From: Planctomycetota bacterium
GTDB taxonomy: Bacteria; Planctomycetota; UBA1135; UBA2386
Direction: 5' to 3'
DNA: 64,000 bases
Assembly: GCA_046290465.1 (NCBI GenBank)
Contig: JBKAGP010000001.1
Coordinates: 5,600,001 to 5,664,000 of the forward strand
The notes beneath the pieces were generated by a model. It worked only from the letters and a program-made list of their open reading frames with translations, did not search any database and had not been told where the DNA came from. The position numbers and the translations under genes were made by a program. Below are positions 11,402-20,421 of this stretch, in pieces (position 1 is the first letter of the stretch; every line of letters begins with the position of its first letter).

Positions 11402-12918
11402 GGGCGCCTCCAGGTGCGACCCTCGCCGAGCAGCGCGACCGCGGCCTGCGGGCCCCAGGTGCCGGCGACGTAGCCCTCGGGCTGCTTCTGCGACTGCTGC
11501 CAGCCGGCGATGATCGAGTCGACGATGCGCCACGCCTCCTCGACCTCGTCGGCGCGCGCGAACAGCGTGCCGTCACCGAGCATCGCGTCGTGCAGCAGCC
11601 GTTCGTAGGCGTCGGCGGTCTCGCCGCCGAACGCGGTGCCGTAGCGGAAGTCCATGCGCACGTCGCGGATGCGAACGTCCGGCCCGGGCACCTTGGCCCC
11701 GAAGCGCATCGCGACGCCCTCGTCCGGCTGGATCCGCAGCAGCAGCATGTTGGGCGTCGGCGCCTCGCCGCCCTCGAACAGCGCGTGCGGCGGCTCCTTG
11801 AACTGGATCGCGACCTCGGTCACGCGCCGCGGCATGCGCTTGGCCGACCGCAGGAAGAACGGCGTGCGGGCCCAGCGCCAGTTGTCGATCTGCAGGCGCA
11901 CCGCCGCGTAGGTCTCGGTGACCGAATCGTCCGGCACGCCCTCCTCCTGCTTGTAACCGAGCACGTCCTTGCCGCCGAACGAGCCGGCCGTGTACTGCGC
12001 CCGCACCGTCGCGCGCTCGACCTCGTCGGGCTCGAACGTGCGGATCGCCTTCAGCACCTTGACCTTCTCGTCGCGCACCGCGTCGGCGGTCATCGCCGCC
12101 GGCGGCTCCATCGCGACCAGCGTCAGCACCTGCATCAGGTGGTTCTGGATCATGTCGCGGATCACGCCCGATTCCTCGAAGTAGCCGCCGCGCGAGCCGA
12201 CCCCGATCGACTCGGCGACCGTGATCTGCACGCTGTCGACGAACTTCTCGTTCCAGAGCGGCTCGAAGATGCCGTTGGCGAAGCGCAGCGCGAGGATGTT
12301 CTGGACCGTCTCCTTGCCGAGGTAGTGGTCGATGCGGAACACCTGGCGCTCGTCGAACGCCTGGTTGACCTGCGCGTTCAGGTCCGAGGCGGTCTCGAGG
12401 TCGCGCCCGAACGGCTTCTCGACGATCACCCGCGCGAAGCGGTCGCCCTGCTCGGTCGACAGGCCCGACGCGGCCAGGTTCTGCAGGATGTTGGAGTAGG
12501 CGCTCGGCGGCGTCGCCAGATAGAAGATCCGGTTGCCGGCGGTGCCGCGCGCACGGTCGATCTGGTCGAGGCGCTCCTTGAGCCGCTCGTAGCCGTCGGC
12601 GTCGCTGAAGTCCGACTGGTGGTAGACGAACGCGTCCTCGTGCTGTTCGAAGTGCGCCATCGTCTCCGAACGCCCGAACTGCTCGACGCCCTCGCGCAGC
12701 ACCTCTCGGAACGACTCGTCGGTCCACGGCCGGCGCGCGAAGCCGACCACCGCGAAGCTCGACGGCAGCAGGCCGTCCTTGCTGAGACCCATCAGCGACG
12801 GCACCAGCTTGCGCTTGGTCAGGTCGCCGGTCGCGCCGAAGATCACCAGCACGCACGGCTTCGCCGAGCGCGCCGAACGCAGTTCATCCGCGAGAGGACC
12901 AGGGCTCGTGTTCGCCAT
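11398..12918 (-). CDS. zwf: Glucose-6-phosphate 1-dehydrogenase
   Basis: IFGATGDL, EKPFG, RIDHYLGKE, RDMIQNHL, IQPDEG, AYERLL. Confidence 0.97.
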   Translation of the reverse strand: MANTSPGPLADELRSARSAKPCVLVIFGATGDLTKRKLVPSLMGLSKDGLLPSSFAVVGFARRPWTDESFREVLREGVEQFGRSETMAHFEQHEDAFVYHQSDFSDADGYERLKERLDQIDRARGTAGNRIFYLATPPSAYSNILQNLAASGLSTEQGDRFARVIVEKPFGRDLETASDLNAQVNQAFDERQVFRIDHYLGKETVQNILALRFANGIFEPLWNEKFVDSVQITVAESIGVGSRGGYFEESGVIRDMIQNHLMQVLTLVAMEPPAAMTADAVRDEKVKVLKAIRTFEPDEVERATVRAQYTAGSFGGKDVLGYKQEEGVPDDSVTETYAAVRLQIDNWRWARTPFFLRSAKRMPRRVTEVAIQFKEPPHALFEGGEAPTPNMLLLRIQPDEGVAMRFGAKVPGPDVRIRDVRMDFRYGTAFGGETADAYERLLHDAMLGDGTLFARADEVEEAWRIVDSIIAGWQQSQKQPEGYVAGTWGPQAAVALLGEGRTWRRP

Positions 12919-13013
12919 GCGATCGCGAGTGTGCCATCGCGGTCGTCGGGATTCACGACCCGTCGTCGAGCGTTCTGCGCTCGATCGCGGTCCGGCCGCG
13001 CCGGCGGCGGCGC

Positions 13014-13528
13014 TCAGCGGGCCTGCGGGAACTCGCGCAGGTCGATCGGCACCACCAGCAGGCGGCGGCGATCCTGCCGCGAGAACAGCTCGTGGGTCCA
13101 GTAGCGCCAGTGCTCGCCGGTCGTCAGCGGGAACACCTCGCGCTCGAGCACGAACGCGCGGCGCTGCTCGACCAGCGCGGTCAGCGCGTCGCACAGCGGG
13201 CCCGGCTGCTGCTCTCGCATCGACGCCAGCACGCGCAGCGCGCGCTCGTACTCGATGCCGGCCAGCGGCCAGCACTCGTGCAGCTCTACCCCGTCACCGG
13301 GGATGCGCGCCGAGCGGCCGTCGAGGAACGTCGCGCGCAGCCGCCCGAGCGTCTCGAGCACGTTGCCGGCCTCGACCTCGGCGATCGGAAGCGGCGGGCC
13401 CGGATCGTACGGCAGCCGGTCCGACAGCCCCTGCAGCCGGACCACCGTGTACGAGATCAACGCGCCCGCCAGGATCACCAGCGCGAACATCGGAAAGCGG
13501 CGGCGGCCGCCGGTCTGCGGCAGCTCGC

Positions 13529-13532
<4 letters not shown>
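13014..13532 (-). CDS. Hypothetical membrane-anchored protein
   Basis: TTG overlaps the nadA stop; one TM helix (FALVILAGALISYTVV); native codon pattern. Confidence 0.65.
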
Positions 13533-14506
<974 letters not shown>

Positions 14507-14688
14507 GCGCGGATCATCGGCCCTGCGCGCAGGGGTGCAAGGTCTGCATTCGCGCGCAATCGGTTTCCGGTCGTCGACCGCGCTGTCGTCTGCATGGGGG
14601 ACGCCGGACGGCGTCGGAGTCGGCGCCGCGGCGCAACGGTTGCGCAGCGGCGATCCGGCTCCTTCCTGCAACCACGAAGGAGATCCCC

Positions 14689-15039
14689 ATGATCCAGTCC
14701 CTGATCCGCTGCGCGGCCGCTGCCGCGGTCTGCGCGTCGCTCGTCACCGCCCAGCAACGCAGTGAGACCTACCCGGTCACCACCACCAACCCGGCCCTGG
14801 TCGGCTTCGTCGCCGACGTCTACGGCAGCAACTTCAACGGCTTCTCGCTGATCGGCTACCAGGCCCGCGTCGACACCCTGCCGTTCGGCAACGGCACCAT
14901 CGAGTCGGTCGACAGCAACGGCTACAAGGACCTCCAGTACGAGTCCGGTGGCTTCAAGTTCAGCGTGCTGCCGGCGCCGTTCGCGTGGGGCGCCTGGTGC
15001 GCCGGCATCGGCGGCGCGATCTTCGAGGTCAAGATCTAG
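14689..15039 (+). CDS. Small secreted hypothetical protein
   Basis: GAAGGAG Shine-Dalgarno; signal peptide ending VTAQ; strong native codon bias. Confidence 0.75.
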   Translation: MIQSLIRCAAAAAVCASLVTAQQRSETYPVTTTNPALVGFVADVYGSNFNGFSLIGYQARVDTLPFGNGTIESVDSNGYKDLQYESGGFKFSVLPAPFAWGAWCAGIGGAIFEVKI

Positions 15040-15099
15040 CCGCGGTGGCGCCTCCGTCGCAGCTGCGGCGGGGGCGCCGATCCGCAAACGGAGACAACC

Positions 15100-15579
15100 A
15101 TGTCGCCATCCGCGCACTACACCTGCCTGCCGTTCGTCGCGTGCCTGCTGATCGCATGCGCGACGACCTCGTCGCCGCGCGAGCCCGCAGCGGATCTCGA
15201 CGGCGCTCCGGTGGCCGCCGGGACGAACGCGCCGGCTGTCGCGCCGACCGTCGCGCCGACCGTCGCGCCAGTTGGGCCCGCACCCACCAACCACGACTGC
15301 TGGTGGTTCGAACTGGAGGCCGACGAGCTGGTCGCGGTCTGGCTGAGTCCGCGCCTCGAGGGCCACGTTCCCGGCGGCTTCCGGTTCGTCAACGTCATCT
15401 ACCACGATCCGCGCGCCAAGCTGCCGATCCTGCTGCGCAGCACGCCGGTGCTGTGCGACACCGACGATGCGGTGGTCAAGTCGAGCGGCGTGTTCCCGTC
15501 TCGCATCGCGCCGCTGGATGGGCGCACGTGGGGGCAGGTCGAACGTCGCGACCAGCTCCAGGTCCGCCGCGGCGAGTGA
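15100..15579 (+). CDS. Hypothetical lipoprotein
   Basis: GGAG SD; lipobox-like LLIAC; VAPT x2-3 linker. Confidence 0.65.
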   Translation: MSPSAHYTCLPFVACLLIACATTSSPREPAADLDGAPVAAGTNAPAVAPTVAPTVAPVGPAPTNHDCWWFELEADELVAVWLSPRLEGHVPGGFRFVNVIYHDPRAKLPILLRSTPVLCDTDDAVVKSSGVFPSRIAPLDGRTWGQVERRDQLQVRRGE

Positions 15580-15706
15580 GCACAAGTCACGCCGATCGAA
15601 GGGCTTGTGCGAATGTGTCGCGGTCGGTGATTTTTCGTTCCGGTGGCTCGGTGCGCTACCGTCTGGTCTGGTGGCGGAGGCGCGCCCGCGCCTCGCCGAT
15701 CTCGCC

Positions 15707-16402
15707 ATGACCACCGACCTCCCCGACGCTCCGCGCGACGTCGCCGCCCTGCTGGAGGCGGTGCGCCGAGGTGACAAGCAGGCGCTCGACGTGATCGTCG
15801 GGGCGTTCTACGAGCAGGTCGAGCGCGCCGTGCATCGCCGCCTGCAGCTGCGGTTCCGTTCGAACGCGCGCTGGCTGTCGGGCATGTTCAGCACCGGCGA
15901 CATCGTGCACGGTGTGTTCCTCAAGGTGATGACCAGCGACGTGCGGCTCGCCCAGCCTACCGAGGGCCAGCCGACCGAGGCCCAGCTGGTCGCCTACCTG
16001 ATCAAGACGATCGAGTCGCAGATCGTCGACATGACGCGCTACCACCAAGCCGCGCGCCGCGACCGGCGCCGGCACCACAGCCCGACCGAGAGCGGCGATC
16101 GTCTGGCGCAGGTCGCCAACGTCGACGCGACCCCGCTCGAGCAGGCGTGGGGCAACGAGCAGCGGGCGATCTTCCACGAGGTCCTGCAGGGCTTCGGCGA
16201 GCGCGACCGCGAGCTGCTGGCGCTGCGCATCGAGCGCCGCCGCAGCTTCGACGCGATCGCCGAACGGCTCGGCTACAACACTCCGGACGCGGCGCGCAAG
16301 GCGTTCCACAGCGCCAAGGCCCGGCTGCTGGTGCGGCTCGGTGCGCGCGGCATCGACCTGCCGAGCGACGCCGGCGGCGAAGGGGGCATGCGTGTCGGAT
16401 GA
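15707..16402 (+). CDS. ECF sigma-70 factor (kinase-associated type)
   Basis: LLEAVRRGDKQAL, region 2 STGDIVHGVFL, region 4 DRELLALR...SFDAIAERLG...ARKAFHSAKARL. Confidence 0.85.
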   Translation: MTTDLPDAPRDVAALLEAVRRGDKQALDVIVGAFYEQVERAVHRRLQLRFRSNARWLSGMFSTGDIVHGVFLKVMTSDVRLAQPTEGQPTEAQLVAYLIKTIESQIVDMTRYHQAARRDRRRHHSPTESGDRLAQVANVDATPLEQAWGNEQRAIFHEVLQGFGERDRELLALRIERRRSFDAIAERLGYNTPDAARKAFHSAKARLLVRLGARGIDLPSDAGGEGGMRVG

Positions 16403-18893
16403 GCTGGTCGCCAGCTTGCTCGAGACCGCGCTCGAGGCGCGGGCGCGCGGCGAAGAGGTCGACCTCGACGAGATCTGCGCTGGCCACCCCGAGCTGATCC
16501 CGGAGGTCGAACGGCTGCTGCGCATCGACGAGGTCCTCGACCACGAGGCTCCCGACGACGCGCTGGTCGGTCGCGTGCTCGACGATCGCTACGAGTTGCG
16601 GCAGTGCATCGGCGTCGGCGCGATGGGCGCCGTCTACCTGGCCTCCGACCGTACGCTCGGGCGCGAGGTCGCCGTCAAGCTGCTGCAGAACGCGGTGTTC
16701 GCGAGCCCGGAGCGCCACGAACGGTTCGCCCGCGAGGCCAAGGTGCTGGCGGCGCTGCGGCATCCCAACATCGTCAGCGTGTTCGACCACGGCCGCACCG
16801 GCGACGGCCTGCACTACATCGTCATGGAGCGCCTGGTCGGCATGCCGCTGTCCGAGGTGCTGCAGCAGGCCGAGGGCGACGGTCGGCTGCGCAATCGGCG
16901 GCTCGACGACGCGTGGCTGCAGCAGCAGCTGGACGCAGACGTGCGCGGGCTCGGCTACCTGCCGCAGGTCGTGCTGTGGTGCGCGCAGGTCGGCGAAGCG
17001 CTGCGCGAGGCGCACGCCGCCGGCGTCACGCACCGCGACGTCAAGCCGACCAACGTGTTCCTCGACGAGGCGGGCGCGGCGATCCTGCTCGACTTCGGCA
17101 TCGCGGCGCGCGCCGGCGACGGGGCGCTGACCGCGCAGGGGTCGACGATCGGCTCGCCGTGGTACATGGCACCCGAGCAGGTCGAGGCGCGCGGCCCGGT
17201 GTCCGAACGCGTCGACGTCTACGGCCTGTGCGCGACGCTCTACCACCTCGCGACGCTGCGGCCGCCGTTCGAAGGGGACTACGCCGCGGTGCTCGCCCAG
17301 CTGACGACGCGCGAGCCGGTGCCGCCGCGATTCGTGCGGCCGGAGCTGTCGCAGGACCTGTGTGCCGTGATCGAGAAGGGCATGGAGCGTGACCCGGCGC
17401 GCCGCTACGCGTCGATGGCGGAGCTGTGCGACGACCTGCGCGCGCTGGTCGAGCAGCTGCCGGTGAAGGCGCGGCCGATCTCGAGGTTCGGCCGGTGGCT
17501 GCGCTCGGTGCGGCGGCGGCCGGCGCCGTACGTCGCCGCCGCGGCGCTGGTGCTCGCGGTCGGCGTGACCGTGCCGGTCGTCGGCAGCTACCGCGACGGG
17601 GTCGAGGCGCACCAACGGGAGCAGCAGCAGCGCTACCTGCAACTGGTCGCCGGCCTGGATCCGGCGATCGCGTTCGAAGGTTCGTTCGAGCTACGCCCGC
17701 GCCTCGACGCGAACCAGCGGCAGGCCTACGTCGACCGGCTGTCGGCGGCGCTGGAGCTGCGCCCGGACGACCTGTTCGTGCGGCTGTTGCGGTCGTCGCT
17801 GCTGCTGGACCGCGGCGAGCACGATGCGAGCCTGGCCGACATCCGCACGATCGCGACCGGGCACGGCAGCGCCTTCCTGGACGCGTTCGTCAGCCGCTAC
17901 GAGCAGATCGACCGGAGCCGGCCCGGGGTCCTCGGGCTGCGGCTCGACGACCTGCCGCCGGTGGCGACCGAGGTCGACCGGGTGGTGTTCGCGTTCCAGC
18001 TGTGCCGGCGCAAGCAGTTCCCGAGCGCGTTCGAGGTCCTGCGCGACGCCACCGGCGTCACCGCCCGCCAGCTGCGCCTGATGCCGCTGCTGCGGATCGG
18101 CGCGACCGCGTTCCTGGCCCAAAAGCAGCGCGACCAGCTCGACCACCTGCTGGTCGAACTGGACACGCTCGACGAGCAGGTCGGCATCGCGACGGCGCGC
18201 AGCCTCTACTACCGCGGCTGTGTCCTGCAGGTGCTCAAGGAGTGGACCGAGGCCGCCGCGGCGTTCGAGCGTTCGGCGCGGTTGGCGCCGGACGCCTACC
18301 AGACCAACTACAACCTCGGCGTCGTGCTCGCGCGCCTCGGCCGCCGGCAGGAAGCCCTCGAACGGACCGACCGCGCCCGCCGGGTGCGCCCGGACAACGT
18401 CGGCGCCGCGCAGCAGTTCGCCGTGCTGCTGGCGGAACTCGGTCGCTTCGACGAGGCCGACGACGCGGCGCTGTCGTTGCCGGCCAGCGGCCACACCGCC
18501 GAACCGTGGCATCGCGACTTCTTCGTCGGCTACGTGCGCCACCTGCACTGCCTGCACCGCTACGCCAGCGGCGACGCAGCAGCGGCGCGCACGCTGCGCG
18601 ACGAGGCGCTGCAGCTCTATGCCCGCGCCCGGCAGCGCTGCGATGCGCGCCCCGACGTGCGCCGGATCCTCGACAAGAACACCGCCTGGCTCGGCTTCCT
18701 CGACGACGAGCCGGCGGAGCGCTGCGAACGGCTGCTCGAGCAGCTGCAGAAGACGCCGGACAGCCACCTGTACGTGTCCGCGCTGGCGACTGCCGTCGAG
18801 CAGTCGGACTTCGCCGACGACGGCCTCCGCAAGCTGATGGCCTCGTTCCTGCGCGAGCGCGCCCGTCGGCTTCTCGAAGACGAATCGAAGTAG
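16392..18893 (+). CDS. Membrane Ser/Thr protein kinase with C-terminal TPR sensor domain
   Basis: IGVGAMGAVY, VAVK, HPNIV, HRDVKPTN, DFG, YMAPEQ, DVY; TM helix; TPR-like repeats. Confidence 0.93.
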   Translation: MSDELVASLLETALEARARGEEVDLDEICAGHPELIPEVERLLRIDEVLDHEAPDDALVGRVLDDRYELRQCIGVGAMGAVYLASDRTLGREVAVKLLQNAVFASPERHERFAREAKVLAALRHPNIVSVFDHGRTGDGLHYIVMERLVGMPLSEVLQQAEGDGRLRNRRLDDAWLQQQLDADVRGLGYLPQVVLWCAQVGEALREAHAAGVTHRDVKPTNVFLDEAGAAILLDFGIAARAGDGALTAQGSTIGSPWYMAPEQVEARGPVSERVDVYGLCATLYHLATLRPPFEGDYAAVLAQLTTREPVPPRFVRPELSQDLCAVIEKGMERDPARRYASMAELCDDLRALVEQLPVKARPISRFGRWLRSVRRRPAPYVAAAALVLAVGVTVPVVGSYRDGVEAHQREQQQRYLQLVAGLDPAIAFEGSFELRPRLDANQRQAYVDRLSAALELRPDDLFVRLLRSSLLLDRGEHDASLADIRTIATGHGSAFLDAFVSRYEQIDRSRPGVLGLRLDDLPPVATEVDRVVFAFQLCRRKQFPSAFEVLRDATGVTARQLRLMPLLRIGATAFLAQKQRDQLDHLLVELDTLDEQVGIATARSLYYRGCVLQVLKEWTEAAAAFERSARLAPDAYQTNYNLGVVLARLGRRQEALERTDRARRVRPDNVGAAQQFAVLLAELGRFDEADDAALSLPASGHTAEPWHRDFFVGYVRHLHCLHRYASGDAAAARTLRDEALQLYARARQRCDARPDVRRILDKNTAWLGFLDDEPAERCERLLEQLQKTPDSHLYVSALATAVEQSDFADDGLRKLMASFLRERARRLLEDESK

Positions 18894-18901
18894 ACCGAAC
18901 C

Positions 18902-20374
18902 ATGATCAGCCTGACTCTCGCCGTTGCTCTCCTCGCTCCCCAGGATCCGCCGCCGTCGACGCAGCTGATGCAGATGCCGCTCGTGTTCCTGCCCGAAGCC
19001 CCCGGCGACGAACTGATCCAGTCGACTCCCGGCGTCTCGCAAGGACCGCTCGTCGGCTACGACCCGCGGTTCGGGCTCGGCGCGATCGCGCCGCTGCCGG
19101 CCGGGCTCGAGGTCAGCAGCTTCAGCCGCGGCACCGGCCTGATGACCACCGACTGGAGCTACGACAGCACGACCGGCCTGCGCGTACATCCGTCGCTGCC
19201 TTCGGGGGGCTGGGGCTACGTGCTCTACTCGGTGTCGAAGCCCGGGTCGACCTCGTGGGCGACCGGCACCGCCTACCTCGCCGAGGAAGTCGCCGGCGGG
19301 ACCACGGACGGGGACGTCTACGCCTGCGTGATCTCCGGCAGCGGCGAGTTCCCGGACGACCAGGTCGGGGTCGTCAGCAAGATCCGGGACGGCGAGGATC
19401 TCAACGTCGACCGGATCCGCGACCTCGACTCGTATCTCGCGGGCTACACGCTCAGCGACGACTACGGCGACAGCGTCGACATGACGATCGACGAGGACGT
19501 GCTGCGCATCTACTTCACCGTGAAGCGCACCGGTGCGGCCCTCTACTCGGACATCCCGGCGGACTGGTGCGACGATCCGACGCGGACCGACTGGCGCCAT
19601 CCGTCGACCGTGTTCGTCGCCGAATGGCGCGCGTCCGCCGCGCCGGCGGGCGAGTGGGACGTCGACGTGTTCAAGACCTACGACGAGCTCGGCCTCGAGG
19701 ACGGGACCGTCATCGACGGGCTGACGGTGATGAGCCCCAACTGGGACGGCGCGCCCGGGGACGGCACCGGCGCCGAACTGATCCTCAGCACGACGGACAA
19801 GAACCTCGAGCGCCAGGTCTGGGTCTGCGGCTGGTGGTTCGTTCCGGCGCTCGGTGGCCTGACGTGGCACACCGGCGGGCTCTACGTGCAGAACGGCGGG
19901 CTGTTCGTCGAGAACTCGATGGGCCTGAGCAGCTCGGTCGAGCGCGTCGAGGGATTGTGCTTCGAAGATCCGGCGGCGGACTCGGGCACGTCGCCGCGCG
20001 GGCGACTGCGTCGGGAACGTTCGGCGATGATGATCGAGGACGACGGCGACGACCGCCTGCACTACGCCCTGCATCAGGTCTACAACGGCCCGGGGGTCAC
20101 CCCGACGTTCCGTTACCGGGCGACGTTGATGGGGTCGATCCACCCGTCCGAGGTCTATGCGCAGTTGCACCAGTGGGGCGGCCAGGGCACCACGGTGGTC
20201 GGCTACGTGATGCGGGCTCCGAACAGCGCCGACGGCTACCCGCAGTCGATCTCGATCAGCCTGGACCGTTCGCGGGAGCCGGAAGGGGAGGACGTGCTGT
20301 TCGAGTGGCGGGTCTACGGCGTCAACGGGTTCCTCGGCAAGTCGCACCAGTTCCGCCTGCGGCTGCGGCCGTGA
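18902..20374 (+). CDS. Secreted hypothetical protein
   Basis: Signal peptide MISLTLAVALLAPQ; acidic, Trp/Tyr-rich globular sequence; directly follows the kinase. Confidence 0.75.
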   Translation: MISLTLAVALLAPQDPPPSTQLMQMPLVFLPEAPGDELIQSTPGVSQGPLVGYDPRFGLGAIAPLPAGLEVSSFSRGTGLMTTDWSYDSTTGLRVHPSLPSGGWGYVLYSVSKPGSTSWATGTAYLAEEVAGGTTDGDVYACVISGSGEFPDDQVGVVSKIRDGEDLNVDRIRDLDSYLAGYTLSDDYGDSVDMTIDEDVLRIYFTVKRTGAALYSDIPADWCDDPTRTDWRHPSTVFVAEWRASAAPAGEWDVDVFKTYDELGLEDGTVIDGLTVMSPNWDGAPGDGTGAELILSTTDKNLERQVWVCGWWFVPALGGLTWHTGGLYVQNGGLFVENSMGLSSSVERVEGLCFEDPAADSGTSPRGRLRRERSAMMIEDDGDDRLHYALHQVYNGPGVTPTFRYRATLMGSIHPSEVYAQLHQWGGQGTTVVGYVMRAPNSADGYPQSISISLDRSREPEGEDVLFEWRVYGVNGFLGKSHQFRLRLRP

Positions 20375-20386
20375 TGCGGCTATGAC

Positions 20387-20418
20387 GCGGGACAAGCCCG
20401 CGGCGGGACAAGCCCGCG
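20387..20418. repeat. Tandem 16-bp palindromic unit GCGGGACAAGCCCGCG x2 between convergent genes
   Basis: Each unit folds as GCGGG-loop-CCCGC; possible REP or bidirectional terminator. Confidence 0.75.
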
Positions 20419-20421
20419 GCG

